From positions 74,211 through 138,210 of the forward strand of contig DAIQNR010000003.1 of the NCBI GenBank assembly GCA_036788295.1: DNA of 64,000 nucleotides, in the 5' to 3' direction. This document shows positions 1 to 9,980 of this stretch, in pieces. The notes beneath the pieces are model-generated. The model saw only the letters and a list, made by a program, of their open reading frames with translations, was not told where the DNA came from and did not search any database. The first letter of the stretch is position 1; each line of letters begins with the position of its first letter. Made by a program: the position numbers and the translations under genes. The stretch is from Myxococcota bacterium (GTDB lineage: Bacteria > Myxococcota > Kuafuiibacteriia > Kuafuiibacteriales > Kuafuiibacteriaceae).

Positions 1-1
1 G

Positions 2-1720
2 AAGCGGCCCTGGACCGTCCGCCGTCTCCTCGCCGTCCTCGGTCTCTCTGGCCTGGGCTGCGAGGCCTCGCCTCTGGCCATCGACATCGCCGACGGAGAG
101 GTGTTCGCCGCGGTCGCGCTGTCCGAGACCGGTGAGTGGCTCGGCGCTTCCGGCCTCGTGGGGCCCAGGGAGGGGCCGGTTTTCATCCCTCCGGCCCCCG
201 CCCACGTCGTCGCCCCGGTGTGGCCGATCGAAGCTCCGGGGATCATGGCCGGGCTCGGACGACCGGAGCCGCTCGAGCCGGCGACCGGCTGCGCCCCGGC
301 CCTGCCTTCGCCGCTGAGGGAGATCGTCGTCCGCGGCTCTTCACCGAACCCGCTCCCGGCGATGACCGCCCGCTGGCTCGAGGACGCCTGCCCTGGTCGG
401 GACGGCACGCCCATCGTCGAGTTCGGGTGCCGGAGCCTCGAGTTCTGCGTGCCGGCGGTGGCCCGCACCGGGCGCTGCTCGTTCGACGCCACCTTGACGC
501 CGGAGTGCGGGGGCTCGACGCTGAAGCTGCGGTTCGGACCGGCCGGAGACCTCTGCGTGCAGTCCGAGCAGCGCTGCACACCGCCCGAGGAGCCGCTCGG
601 AGCCTTCGATTGCGAGCTGATCTCCGGGAGCGGGCCGGTCTCCTGTCCAGTGCGCGTCATCTGGCCCCCTGAGGAACCCCCTCTCGAGGTGGATCGGTGG
701 CTTCGACTCCATGACCTGGACCCGGAGATCCCCGGTTTTGGTGAGACCATCTGGCGCCTCCCCACGGAGTCCATCCAGAGGAGCCTCGCCCCGGCGCTCG
801 CGCTCACTTCGAGCCGCGCCGTGGTGCTCGGCTTTCAGCCGCTCGACCGGAGGGGGCGGGCGCGGTGCCCGGACGACGATGACGTCCCGGTGCGCCTGCA
901 CGCGTTCGACCTCGACACCCTCGAGCCGGTCGGCGGCGGGCCGGTCCCTCCGTGCACGGCCTGGCTCGCCGCCACCCCGGCTGGCCTCGTCATCGCCTAC
1001 CCGGACCGAGACCAGAACCGGTGGAGACTCGCCCGGGTGGGTCTGTCCGGCGCGATCTCGTCCAGCGTGGTGCTCGACCATGCGCTCGACGCCCGGCTCA
1101 TCGGTCTGCGCTCCACCGGCGACGCGGTCCTCGTGACCTTGCGGTCGGGCCGGACCACCGTCATCGAGCGCGTCGGCCTCGACCTGTCCCCGGCGGGGGC
1201 GCCGCTCATCGAGCCCGGGCGCCCAGGACGAGCGAGCGGGGCCAACGGGTGGATCGTGGTCGGGGTCGAGAGCCCCGAGGGTCGGTTCGGGGTGCGTTAC
1301 GGGGGCAGCAGCAGGCAGGCGGCCGACTTCGAGCCGAACCGCGCCCTCTACCTCCCCGACGCCGACCACGACCCGGCCACGGAGATCTCCGTGTACGCGC
1401 TCTCCCGGGACCTCCCCGGCGTCGGGTTCTGGCCGGTCGGCGGCAATCCGACCCGCTCGGTTCGGCTCCCGCCGTTTCAAGTGGCCTCGATCCGGGTCGT
1501 GCGGCCCGGTCTCGCCTTGTTCGGGGGCATCGACGCCGGGCCGGGGGGGTTGCCGGTCGGCGTGGTGGGCCGAGCCGACCTGCCTGAAGGGAGGCTCTTG
1601 CTCGGGGATCTGCAGCTCGGAGCGAGCGGACCGGTGACCGAGGTCGAGGTCGATGCCAAGGGTCGCCCTTGGGTGCTGCTCGGATGGTCAGGTCGGGTGG
1701 CTCGGCTCCGGGTGCGCTGA
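2..1720 (+). CDS. Hypothetical secreted protein or lipoprotein. The gene appears to begin at or before the window edge, and the listed ORF from 101 is an internal Met.
   Basis: The frame is open from nt 2. Translation of 2-100 gives KRPWTVRRLLAVLGLSGLGCEAS, a signal-peptide/lipobox-like N-terminus. Composition is protein-like with W/F/Y/C/D/E. The overlapping antisense ORF 341-1480 is Arg-rich and looks spurious. Confidence 0.5.
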   Translation, partial: KRPWTVRRLLAVLGLSGLGCEASPLAIDIADGEVFAAVALSETGEWLGASGLVGPREGPVFIPPAPAHVVAPVWPIEAPGIMAGLGRPEPLEPATGCAPALPSPLREIVVRGSSPNPLPAMTARWLEDACPGRDGTPIVEFGCRSLEFCVPAVARTGRCSFDATLTPECGGSTLKLRFGPAGDLCVQSEQRCTPPEEPLGAFDCELISGSGPVSCPVRVIWPPEEPPLEVDRWLRLHDLDPEIPGFGETIWRLPTESIQRSLAPALALTSSRAVVLGFQPLDRRGRARCPDDDDVPVRLHAFDLDTLEPVGGGPVPPCTAWLAATPAGLVIAYPDRDQNRWRLARVGLSGAISSSVVLDHALDARLIGLRSTGDAVLVTLRSGRTTVIERVGLDLSPAGAPLIEPGRPGRASGANGWIVVGVESPEGRFGVRYGGSSRQAADFEPNRALYLPDADHDPATEISVYALSRDLPGVGFWPVGGNPTRSVRLPPFQVASIRVVRPGLALFGGIDAGPGGLPVGVVGRADLPEGRLLLGDLQLGASGPVTEVEVDAKGRPWVLLGWSGRVARLRVR

Positions 1721-1827
1721 CCGCGGCATCTCGGATCGTCGGGGGATTGGCGTTGCCGGGCCCGGCCCCGGCCGCTACTTGAATGGGCATTCAGCCGGGC
1801 GCTCGGCTCGGCCAAGAGGAGGCATCG

Positions 1828-3633
1828 ATGGCCCAAGTCCCATACAACGCTCCCGTCCGCGACATGCGCTTCGTCCTCGAGGAGCTCGTGGACCTCGAAG
1901 GGATCGCCCAGCTCCCCGGCTACGGCGAAGCCACCAAGGAGATGGTCGCCGCCGTCCTCGAAGAGGCGGCCAGGCTGGCGGGCGAGGTCCTCGCTCCGCT
2001 CAACGGCGTCGGAGATCGGGTCCACGCCCAATGGTCCGATGGGGTGGTGACCACCCCTCCGGGATTCAAGGAGGCCTACGCGGCCTACCGCGACGGCGGC
2101 TGGAATTCGCTGCCGTTCGAGCCGGAGCATGGGGGACAAGGCCTGCCTTGGTCGGTGGCGTTCGCCGTCCAGGAGATGCTGCACGCGGCCAACATGGGAT
2201 TTGGTCTATGCCCGCTGCTGAACCAAGGCGCGGTCGAGCTGCTCGAGGCCCACGGGACCGAATCGCAAAAGCAGATGTATCTGACCCGACTCATCAGCGG
2301 CGAGTGGACCGGGACCATGAACCTCACCGAGTCGGCGGCTGGCTCCGATCTGGGTCCGGTCAGCTGCAGCGCGGCGCCGGCCCCCGAGCTGGGCGCGGGC
2401 GCGTACCGGGTGTTCGGGCAGAAGATCTACATCACCTACGGCGAGCACGACTTCGCGGAGAACATCGTCCACATGGTGCTCGCGCGGACCCCGGACGCAC
2501 CCGAAGGCACAAAAGGCCTCGGGCTGTTCATCGTCCCGAAGCATCTCCCGAACGACGACGGCTCGCTGGGCGCCCGCAACGACGTCCGCTGCGTGTCGAT
2601 CGAGGGAAAGGTGGGCATCAACGCGAGCCCCACCTGCACGATGGTGTTCGGCGACGAGGGCGAAGGCGCGGTCGGCTTCCTGGTGGGCAACGATCCCCAA
2701 GGGGGGATTCGCGCCATGTTCACCATGATGAACAACGCCCGCCTCGCGGTGGGTCTCGAAGGGGTCGCCATCGGCGCCCGGGCCTACGAGCAGGCGGTGG
2801 CCTACGCTCGGGACCGGGTCCAGTCGAAGGATCTCACCGACCCGAAGGGCCCCTCGGTCCCGATCGTGCGCCACCCCGACGTGCGGCGCATGCTGCTGAC
2901 GATGCGGGCGCTGGTCGAGGCGAGCCGGGCGCTGACCTATTTCGCCGCCGGCGCGCTCGACCGGTCCAAGCGGCACCCCGACCCCGAAGAGCGGGCGCTG
3001 CAGGCGCGACGGGTCGATCTGCTCACCCCGGTGGTGAAGGCTTGGTGCACCGACAACGGGGTCGAGGTCGCCTCGCTCGGGATCCAGGTCCACGGAGGCA
3101 TGGGCTACGTCGAGGAGACCGGAGCGGCCCAGCACTGGCGCGACGCCCGCATCGCCCCGATCTACGAAGGAACCAACGGGATCCAGGCCGCCGATCTCGT
3201 CTTTCGCAAGACGGTGCGCGACGAGGGCGCGGCGGCCCGCGAGATGATCGGGAGCATGCGGTCTCTGGTCCAAGACCTGGGCCCGATGGGGGGAGCGCTC
3301 GCGGCGATGGGCAATCGGCTCGCGGCCGCGGTCGATGCGCTCGAGGCGGCGACGCAGTGGGTGGTCAAGACCGGGCGGGCCGACCCGGCCGCGGTCGCCG
3401 CCGGCTCCCGCCCGTTCCTCGAGATGTGGGGGCTCACCGTGGGCGGTTTCCTGCTCGCCCGCTCCGCGATGGTCGCGTCGAAGGCTCCCGCCGATGCGAC
3501 CGGCTTCTTTCGAGCGAAGATCGGCACGGCGCGCTTCTACGCCGACCATTTGCTCCCGCGGGTTGCGGGCTACCTTCCGAGCGTCACCGAGGGCGCGGCC
3601 GCCCTGCTCGAGTTCGATCTCACCGATCTGTGA
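1828..3633 (+). CDS. Acyl-CoA dehydrogenase, long (~600 aa) type with C-terminal extension
   Basis: MAQVPYNAPVRDMRFVLEEL... with typical ACAD motifs (GGQGLPWSVAFAVQEML, TESAAGSDLG, YEGTNGIQAADL). A GAGGAGG SD sits immediately upstream of the ATG at 1828. The ORF-track start at 1783 is probably too long. Confidence 0.85.
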   Translation: MAQVPYNAPVRDMRFVLEELVDLEGIAQLPGYGEATKEMVAAVLEEAARLAGEVLAPLNGVGDRVHAQWSDGVVTTPPGFKEAYAAYRDGGWNSLPFEPEHGGQGLPWSVAFAVQEMLHAANMGFGLCPLLNQGAVELLEAHGTESQKQMYLTRLISGEWTGTMNLTESAAGSDLGPVSCSAAPAPELGAGAYRVFGQKIYITYGEHDFAENIVHMVLARTPDAPEGTKGLGLFIVPKHLPNDDGSLGARNDVRCVSIEGKVGINASPTCTMVFGDEGEGAVGFLVGNDPQGGIRAMFTMMNNARLAVGLEGVAIGARAYEQAVAYARDRVQSKDLTDPKGPSVPIVRHPDVRRMLLTMRALVEASRALTYFAAGALDRSKRHPDPEERALQARRVDLLTPVVKAWCTDNGVEVASLGIQVHGGMGYVEETGAAQHWRDARIAPIYEGTNGIQAADLVFRKTVRDEGAAAREMIGSMRSLVQDLGPMGGALAAMGNRLAAAVDALEAATQWVVKTGRADPAAVAAGSRPFLEMWGLTVGGFLLARSAMVASKAPADATGFFRAKIGTARFYADHLLPRVAGYLPSVTEGAAALLEFDLTDL

Positions 3634-4222
3634 TCGAATCGCCGAGCAGCTCATCGAGCCGGCGCACCGCCCAATCGGCGAAGCCGCGGTGGGGGAACCG
3701 TCCCGACGGATCGACGTAGACCGTAACGCTCCCCGCGGCTCGCCCGGCCTGAAGGTCGAACGCAAAATCCCCCACCATCACCGAGTGCTCCGCGGAGCAG
3801 CCCCATCGGCGCAGGTGGACATGAATCCCAGCTGGGTCGGGCTTGGGCTGCGCGTCCTCTCGGGCCACGATCGAGTCGGTCGGAAACCACCGCAAAAGAC
3901 CGGTGGCTTCGAGCGTGATGCGGGCGGCAGGACCGGTGTTGCGGGTGAGAATGCCGAGCGCGGCCCCCCTCCGTTTTAGCTCGCGGAGCAGGGCGATGGC
4001 CCCCTCCGCCGGCTTCGCCGTTTGCGCGATGTCTTCTTCGATTTGGGCCAGGTGAAGCTCTACGGCGGCTCGCCGCTCTTCGGGCAGCTCCTCGAGCCGC
4101 TCCAGGATCGGACCCGGAGGCAGTCCAAGCGCCCGAGATATGGCGGGGAAGTCATGCTGGGCGACGGTCAACGTCCCGTCGAGGTCGAAGATCCAGCACG
4201 GACGATCGAGTGGAGAGCGCAT
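3620..4222 (-). CDS. HAD-superfamily hydrolase (phosphatase)
   Basis: N-terminal FDLDGTL (HAD motif I), a later GILTRNTG motif and MVGDFAFDLQAGRAAG (motif IV). It overlaps the upstream ACAD gene convergently by 14 nt. Confidence 0.8.
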   Translation of the reverse strand: MRSPLDRPCWIFDLDGTLTVAQHDFPAISRALGLPPGPILERLEELPEERRAAVELHLAQIEEDIAQTAKPAEGAIALLRELKRRGAALGILTRNTGPAARITLEATGLLRWFPTDSIVAREDAQPKPDPAGIHVHLRRWGCSAEHSVMVGDFAFDLQAGRAAGSVTVYVDPSGRFPHRGFADWAVRRLDELLGDSITDR

Positions 4223-4269
4223 GGGCGCGTGGTGTCGGTTGGCGGCGGGAGCAGCGTTCGACGTCGGCG

Positions 4270-5160
4270 TCAGTGGGCGCTGCAGCCGCGGCGCCCCATC
4301 CGCGCGCCCGAGCCGAGCGGAGCCGCCGGTCCATGGCCGGGCACGTGGTAGGGGAGGGGATCACCGTCGAGGGCCACCGTGAATCCCGGGCCGCCGTCCC
4401 TGTACGTCCGCTCGTGCCAGAAGTTCCGGGGGTCCTCGGCGAGGCGGAGGGTTCGACCCTCGCCGTCTTCGCCCATCACGACCTCGGTCGCAATGCGCTC
4501 TCCCCGCACCGGGAAGAACAGCTCGAGGCTTCCCCCGGTGCGCCGGTAGGTGAGGGTCTCGGTGGACCACTCCGACATGTCTCCCTCGTGGTACCAACCC
4601 ACGCCGCGGCCGTCGATCGTGGGGGCCTGAAGCTGGTACATCCTGAAGCCCTCGCCGCCCCGCCGGTCTTTGGTGGGCTCGATCCACAGCCGGGCGAGAG
4701 GGTGCTCGGCGGCGAACTCGAGGCTGCGGGGCCGGAGATCCTTCGTGTACCGGTTGTCGCCCGAAAACGCCGGGTCCTTCGGGAGGTGGAGCACCGCCCC
4801 CTCGCCGTCGAGCGCGTAGGGGACCTGGTGGTGGCTTCCGTCCTTCGTGAACACGAGCGTCAACGAGCCCGGCTCGGCGCTCCAGTGAAAGCTCCGGGTG
4901 TAGGTGAGCCCCATGCGCCCGTAGCGCACGAGCCCGATGCCGCCATCGTGGAAGTAGTAGAAGCGCAGCGGATCGCCCTCTCGCTCGGGGCGGGTGAACT
5001 GCCAAAGCCCCAGCAGCTCGGCCGGAGCCGCCACCGACGGATGCGCAGGCTCTGCCCGCTGCGGCGAGGGCGGTGGGGCGAAGAACGCGGCGCTGACCAG
5101 GGCGGCGGTGAGGCCGACCGCGAGGGGGTGCCATGCACGAAACTTCATGGTTGGAGCCAT
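4270..5160 (-). CDS. Hypothetical secreted protein
   Basis: MKFRAWHPLAVGLTAALVSAAFFAPPP is a signal peptide. GC3 codon bias is strong and the composition is W/Y/F-rich and protein-like. It lies 48 nt downstream of the HAD gene on the same strand, so likely in the same operon. Confidence 0.55.
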   Translation of the reverse strand: MAPTMKFRAWHPLAVGLTAALVSAAFFAPPPSPQRAEPAHPSVAAPAELLGLWQFTRPEREGDPLRFYYFHDGGIGLVRYGRMGLTYTRSFHWSAEPGSLTLVFTKDGSHHQVPYALDGEGAVLHLPKDPAFSGDNRYTKDLRPRSLEFAAEHPLARLWIEPTKDRRGGEGFRMYQLQAPTIDGRGVGWYHEGDMSEWSTETLTYRRTGGSLELFFPVRGERIATEVVMGEDGEGRTLRLAEDPRNFWHERTYRDGGPGFTVALDGDPLPYHVPGHGPAAPLGSGARMGRRGCSAH

Positions 5161-5395
5161 GCCCCGAGGGCAGCCCCGGCTGCACCCAAAATGCGCAAGC
5201 GGAGCGCAGGCGCAGCCGACGGGAGCCCGGTCGCTGCCGGCTCCGCCGGCGCCCGGACCGGGAGAATGGGGCCGATGGGTGCGCCCATCGGGGCATCTCT
5301 TGAACCTCGCCGCCCGACCCTTGGCAGCCGCGCGGGCGTCGCGCTACGGTCACGGGGTGCCGAGGCGCAACGAGCCCACCGAACTTGGAAGCTTG

Positions 5396-5704
5396 GTGCC
5401 CTACCTGTCTCCCGCAGCGGCTACGGCGTTGTTTTTCGCCGCGCGGCTCCTTCTGTCGAGCATCGACGGCGACTCGGCCACCCGGGCCGCCGGCCTCGCC
5501 GCCGATCCGGGCCGGGACGGCACCCAGCACCGGGCCGAGATCGCGCCGGCTCGAAGCGACGACGGCCCAAGCCCGTCCGTTCCGGGCACCGAGGAGGAAC
5601 TCCTCGAGCTGTTTCGGCGGGCCGGGAGCCTGCGGTTCGGGTCCGAGGCTTCGGCCGTGCACGACTTCCTCCCCATCGAGGTCCGGGTCCAGCGGCCCCG
5701 GTGA
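5396..5704 (+). CDS. Possible small hypothetical protein (~100 aa). The start is uncertain (TTG 5393 or GTG 5396).
   Basis: This is the C-terminal, protein-like part of ORF 4994-5704 (…EELLELFRRAGSLRFGSEASAVHDFLPIEVRVQRPR). A GGAAG SD precedes the TTG/GTG. The upstream part of that ORF is Ala/Arg/Pro junk. Confidence 0.2.
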   Translation: MPYLSPAAATALFFAARLLLSSIDGDSATRAAGLAADPGRDGTQHRAEIAPARSDDGPSPSVPGTEEELLELFRRAGSLRFGSEASAVHDFLPIEVRVQRPR

Positions 5705-5706
5705 GC

Positions 5707-6414
5707 TCACTCCTCGTCTTGGCGGGACACCGCGAGGCTGACCGCTCCTAGGAACAAGAACAGCGACGCGGCGCCAAATCCGAGCGTCGCCCACAGCGCA
5801 AAGCCGATGGCCCCGGACGCGACCGCGGTACGCAGCAGGATCGGGTCGCGCCGCCGTCTCTTGACCGCGGTCGGCCGCGCCGGCACCGGGACCAGCGGGG
5901 GTTCTGGGCGCAGGGCGTCGAGCACCAGAGGGAGGTCGTCGGGATCGGTGATCGGCGCATCGGCGAGCCGCCGCAACGGCCCGGCGAGCCGCGCCGCGGA
6001 GGGCACGAGAGCCCCATCGAACGGGACGACGAGGACCGGGGCCTCCGACTCGCTCGCCGCTTCGAGCGCGCCGAGCACCGACTTCGATGCCGCGAGCAGC
6101 GGCAGGTCGTCCGGCCACAAGAGCACCACGACCGCGTCGGCCGGCCCCTCCATCGAGAACCCACGCTCTCGCAAGGCCCGCTCCACCGCCTCTCGGCCTT
6201 TTCGTCGGTGGGCCAGCTCGGCCTCCTCGACTTCGGCACCGCACACGAGGACCCGCACGGCCGGACGGTAGCGCAAAGCGGGGCGGCGCTGGCTCTCTGT
6301 CGCCCGGTAGGCCGGCGGCGGGCTCGGTTTCTGCTCGGGAGCGGTGTTCTCGCTCCTCGGAGAGAGGCCGCGCTCGCCCGTCATCGACCGGAGGCGAGGA
6401 TTGATCGAGGCCAT
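5707..6414 (-). CDS. Hypothetical protein with a C-terminal transmembrane anchor
   Basis: This is the real C-terminal 235 aa of the spurious 631-aa antisense [13 protein letters not shown]…[18 protein letters not shown]…, ending in the hydrophobic helix [28 protein letters not shown]. Its ATG at 6414 is divergent from the hutU start 22 nt away. Confidence 0.5.
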   Translation of the reverse strand: MASINPRLRSMTGERGLSPRSENTAPEQKPSPPPAYRATESQRRPALRYRPAVRVLVCGAEVEEAELAHRRKGREAVERALRERGFSMEGPADAVVVLLWPDDLPLLAASKSVLGALEAASESEAPVLVVPFDGALVPSAARLAGPLRRLADAPITDPDDLPLVLDALRPEPPLVPVPARPTAVKRRRRDPILLRTAVASGAIGFALWATLGFGAASLFLFLGAVSLAVSRQDEE

Positions 6415-6435
6415 CGAACCGGCGAACCTCCGCAC

Positions 6436-8103
6436 GTGACCGGCCCCCGCGCACCGACGATCCTCCCTCCGACCGGTCCCGAGCTGAGCTGCCAGGGCTG
6501 GGTCCAGGAGGCGGCCTACCGGATGCTGCAGCACAACCTGCATCCGGACGTCGCCGAGCGTCCCGAGGACCTCGTCGTCTACGGCGGGACCGGCAAGGCA
6601 GCCCGCTCTTGGGAGGCGTTTCATCTGCTGCTGCACGAGCTTCGCCGCCTCCGCGGCGACGAGACGCTGCTCGTGCAGTCGGGCAAGCCGGTGGCGGTGT
6701 TTCGGTCCCACGAGGACGCGCCTCGGGTGCTGATCGCGAACAGCAACCTGGTCGGTCGATGGGCGACCTGGGACCACTTTCGGGACCTCGAGCGGCGCGG
6801 CCTCATCATGTACGGCCAGATGACCGCTGGATCCTGGATCTACATCGGGACGCAGGGCATCCTGCAGGGAACCTACGAGACCTTCGTGTCGGCGGCCCGG
6901 ATCCATTATGGAACCGAAGATCTCTGCGGCCGGTTCCTGCTTACCGCTGGGCTCGGGGGCATGGGCGGCGCCCAGCCCCTCGCCGCCACCATGGCCGGGG
7001 CGACCGCGCTGTGCATCGAGGTGGACCGGTGCCGGGCCGAGCGCCGAGTCGAGACCGGCTACCTCGACGAGGTGGCGGACGACCTCGACGACGGCCTCCG
7101 ACGGGTCGAGCGAGCGCTCGCCGGCAAGGAGGCGCGCTCGATCGCGGTGATCGGCAACGCCGCCGACATCCTCCCCGAGATCGTGCGACGGGGCGTGGTC
7201 CCCGACCTCGTGACCGACCAGACGAGCGCCCACGATCCGCTCGGCGGCTATGTCCCCGCCGGCTACGACCTCGAGGGGGCAGCCGACGCGAGGCTTCGGG
7301 ACCCGCAAGGGTACGTCGAGGCGGCCAAAGCGTCGATGGCGAGGCACGTCGGGGCCATGCTCGAGCTGCAGCGCGCCGGATCCCACGTCTTCGACTACGG
7401 AAACAACATTCGGGCCTTCGCCGAAGAGGGCGGATGTTCGGACGCCTTCTCCATCGAAGGTTTTGTCCCGAAATACATTCGACCGCTGTTCTGCCGCGGA
7501 TCCGGCCCGTTTCGCTGGGTTGCCCTGTCGGGGGACCCAGCAGACATCCGGGTGACCGAAGAGGCGCTGCTCGCCGCGGTCCCCGACAAACCCCACGTCC
7601 ACCGGTGGATCCGACTCGCCCGGGAGCGGGTCCGGTTTCAGGGGCTCCCGTCCCGGATTTGCTGGCTCGAGATGGGGGAGCGGGCCCGGGTGGGCCTCGC
7701 CTTCAACGAGCTGGTCGCGTCAGGCCGGGTGAAGGCGCCGATCGTCATCGGCCGGGACCACCTCGACTGCGGATCGGTGGCGAGCCCGAACCGAGAGACC
7801 GAGGCGATGAGAGACGGGTCGGACGCCATCGCCGACTGGCCGATCCTGAACGCGCTCATCAACGCGGTGAACGGCGCGAGCTGGGTCTCCTTTCACCACG
7901 GCGGCGGGGTGGGCATCGGCTACTCGCTGCACGCAGGCATGGTCATCGTCGCCGACGGCACCGAGGCCGCCGCCCGCCGGCTCGAGCGCGTGCTCACCTC
8001 CGACCCGGGCATGGGCGTCGTCCGCCACGCCGACGCCGGCTACGAAGACGCCATCGCCCAAGCCCGCCGCACCGGCGTCCGCATCCCCGGCCTCTCCGAC
8101 TGA
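6436..8103 (+). CDS. hutU: Urocanate hydratase (urocanase)
   Basis: Clear urocanase signature: [54 protein letters not shown]…[28 protein letters not shown]…[10 protein letters not shown]. The in-frame GTG at 6436 gives a ~555-aa product, the normal urocanase length. The track ORF start at 6208 has no Met near the conserved N-terminus. Confidence 0.9.
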   Translation: MTGPRAPTILPPTGPELSCQGWVQEAAYRMLQHNLHPDVAERPEDLVVYGGTGKAARSWEAFHLLLHELRRLRGDETLLVQSGKPVAVFRSHEDAPRVLIANSNLVGRWATWDHFRDLERRGLIMYGQMTAGSWIYIGTQGILQGTYETFVSAARIHYGTEDLCGRFLLTAGLGGMGGAQPLAATMAGATALCIEVDRCRAERRVETGYLDEVADDLDDGLRRVERALAGKEARSIAVIGNAADILPEIVRRGVVPDLVTDQTSAHDPLGGYVPAGYDLEGAADARLRDPQGYVEAAKASMARHVGAMLELQRAGSHVFDYGNNIRAFAEEGGCSDAFSIEGFVPKYIRPLFCRGSGPFRWVALSGDPADIRVTEEALLAAVPDKPHVHRWIRLARERVRFQGLPSRICWLEMGERARVGLAFNELVASGRVKAPIVIGRDHLDCGSVASPNRETEAMRDGSDAIADWPILNALINAVNGASWVSFHHGGGVGIGYSLHAGMVIVADGTEAAARRLERVLTSDPGMGVVRHADAGYEDAIAQARRTGVRIPGLSD

Positions 8104-8160
8104 CCAACCCACTGTCGGAGCGAATGCAAACGACGCTCCGAAGCCTCGGAGATCGCTTTT

Positions 8161-8242
8161 TGCCCGGGGAGGGACTTGAACCCACACTCATTGCTGAAAC
8201 GGATTTTGAATCCGCCGCGTCTACCGATTCCGCCACCCGGGC
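8161..8242 (-). tRNA. tRNA-Leu (anticodon CAA), type II with long variable arm
   Basis: The reverse complement reads GCCCGGGTGGCGGAATCGGTAGACGC-G-GCGGA-TTCAAAA-TCCGT-TTCAGCAATGAGT-GTGGG-TTCAAGT-CCCTC-CCCGGGC-A. It has a 7-bp acceptor stem, a D-loop AATCGGTAGA typical of Leu tRNAs, the anticodon loop TT-CAA-AA, a 13-nt variable arm and the T-loop TTCAAGT. No CCA is encoded. There is one T·T mismatch in the T-stem. Confidence 0.8.
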
Positions 8243-8330
8243 TCGTTCGGGGCGGGGGAGACGCTGCCTCGCGGCCCCATCCGCGTCAAGGGCGATGGCG
8301 GAGCGATGCTCGGGCGGCTATGAGAGGCCG

Positions 8331-9545
8331 ATGGGAGCGGGGAGGTGGGCCGCCCTGGTCATGGCCGGGCTCACGGCGTGCTCGGGCTCGTGCGGTCGGC
8401 GCGCCGACGCGGATGAGACGTCCGGGCTGGCCGACCGGATCTACGTGTCGCCGGCAGCGTTCGACTTCTCCGAGAACCCGAAGCTGCTCGACCGCATCCT
8501 GCGGAGCCCCCACGGCTACTTCCGGTTCATCAACACCCCGTTCTCGCAGGCGGCCTGCGAGCGCTACGCTTCGCTGTACGCGGGCGTCCCGGAGGTGAAC
8601 CTGCACGGCGACGCCCACCTCGAGCAGTACGCCGTGACCGACCTCGGCCGCGGCCTCACCGACTTCGACGACTCCTCCAAGGGCCCGGCGATGCTCGACC
8701 TGCTTCGATTCGGCGCTTCGCTCGGTCTCGCGTTCCCCGAAGACGAGCACCGAAACCTCGCGATCGAGGCCTTCGACCGGTTCCTCGACGGGTACCGAGC
8801 AGCGCTCGAGGATCCGAAGCACGAGGCGCCGGCGCCCGATTGGGTGCACGAAGCGAGGCAGGAGTTCCGCGTCGACCGAGAAGCGTACTTCGGGTGGGTG
8901 AACGGGATCATGGAGCCGGTGGACCCGGATGAGCAGGCCGAGCTCGCGGCGGCGATGGCCGACTACGTGAAGGCCATGCACCAGAACGACCCCGAGCTCG
9001 ACCCTCGGTTCTTCGACGTCGAAGCCGTGGGGCGGCTGCGAATGGGGGTGGGCAGCGCGCTCGACGAGAAGTACCTCGTCCGGGTTCGGGGCCCGGGCCC
9101 CGACCCGCTCGATGACGTCGTTCTCGAGGCCAAGGAGGTGCGCAGCCTGTCCGGCATCGGCTGCGTCGAGGGGTCGCGATTCGTCGATCCGTTCCGGATC
9201 CTGCTCGCGCAGGCCCACCTCGCCTACGAGCCCTACGCGTACCTCGGCTACATCGACCTCCGGGGCAAGAAGTTCTGGATCCACTCCTGGGTGGACAACT
9301 ATCGGGAGCTGAAGCTCGGCGACCTGAGCGACCGGCCAGCGCTGCTCTCGCAGGTGGTGTACGACGCCGGGGTGCAGCTCGGGCGGGGCCACCCGAAGAT
9401 CGCCCGGGGGTTCGAGGTCCAGCTCAGGCAGGCGCTGCTTCGGTTCCTGGACAAGAACCGCTCGGCGCTGCGGGCGGCGGTCACGGAGCTGTCGGAAGCG
9501 ACGGTCGCGGCATGGCGGCGGTTCGAGGCCGAGGCCCAGCGGTGA
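8331..9545 (+). CDS. DUF2252-like lipoprotein
   Basis: MGAGRWAALVMAGLTACSGS has a lipobox (LTAC). An …NLHGDAHLEQYAV… motif is reminiscent of DUF2252. The alternative ATG at 8295 is 12 codons upstream. The N-terminal 560 codons of track ORF 6609-9545 are out-of-frame overlap with hutU and are rejected. Confidence 0.6.
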   Translation: MGAGRWAALVMAGLTACSGSCGRRADADETSGLADRIYVSPAAFDFSENPKLLDRILRSPHGYFRFINTPFSQAACERYASLYAGVPEVNLHGDAHLEQYAVTDLGRGLTDFDDSSKGPAMLDLLRFGASLGLAFPEDEHRNLAIEAFDRFLDGYRAALEDPKHEAPAPDWVHEARQEFRVDREAYFGWVNGIMEPVDPDEQAELAAAMADYVKAMHQNDPELDPRFFDVEAVGRLRMGVGSALDEKYLVRVRGPGPDPLDDVVLEAKEVRSLSGIGCVEGSRFVDPFRILLAQAHLAYEPYAYLGYIDLRGKKFWIHSWVDNYRELKLGDLSDRPALLSQVVYDAGVQLGRGHPKIARGFEVQLRQALLRFLDKNRSALRAAVTELSEATVAAWRRFEAEAQR

Positions 9546-9560
9546 GTCGCCGCCGCTCTC

Positions 9561-9980
9561 GTGCCCCGGGTCGGGCTTAGGAAGATCATGGACAAGCAGG
9601 AATTCGTCGTTCGGGCCCAGAGCCACGTGGCCCGATTGGTGGTGGGCGGCGACGGCAGCCGGGCCGCGGTCGCGTTCGGGGCCGGTCGATTCGAAGGCGC
9701 GGCGGCGGGGGTGGGCCGAGAGCTGTGGGGGCTCATCCGGGCGGAGGGGGTCAGCCCCGAGGAACTCAACGCGTTCGACGTCTTCACCGCGGACGACCGC
9801 CTCGTCGCGACGCTCCGGCCGGTGCTCGAGGGGGCGAGGGTCATGTGGCTCGTCCTGTACCGGATCGACAAGGCGAGCAGCGCGTTTCGCGCCCTCGGCA
9901 GCCGTCAGCGGCTCGGCGACGCGCTCGAGCTGTGCGCAGAGGCGATCTGCCGGGACGTGGCGCTCCCCCACAAACCGTAG
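9561..9980 (+). CDS. Hypothetical small protein
   Basis: The ORF has acceptable composition (MDKQEFVVRAQSHVARLVVGG…), but there is no recognisable motif. The antisense alternatives are Ser/Arg-rich. Confidence 0.3.
   Translation: MPRVGLRKIMDKQEFVVRAQSHVARLVVGGDGSRAAVAFGAGRFEGAAAGVGRELWGLIRAEGVSPEELNAFDVFTADDRLVATLRPVLEGARVMWLVLYRIDKASSAFRALGSRQRLGDALELCAEAICRDVALPHKP

Noticed and set aside
1653-3765. 688-aa + and 519-aa − ORFs overlapping the long acyl-CoA dehydrogenase
   Set aside because: The ACAD frame has unambiguous family motifs and an SD. The alternatives are RG-rich.
4361-6454. 697-aa minus-strand ORF, plus + ORFs 4210-5751 and 6609-8100
   Set aside because: Extremely Arg/Pro/Gly-rich translations (RRGRG…, PRRPRR…), no motifs, and they overlap hutU and the secreted-protein gene in other frames. 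These are typical high-GC antisense open frames.
8100-8300. Possibility of a genomic island or integrated element at the tRNA-Leu gene
   Set aside because: There is no integrase, excisionase, phage gene or duplicated tRNA 3'-end repeat within the window, and the flanking genes have native GC and codon usage.
8286-9971. 561-aa minus ORF
   Set aside because: Antisense to the DUF2252-like lipoprotein gene, which has a lipobox signal peptide and conserved motif.
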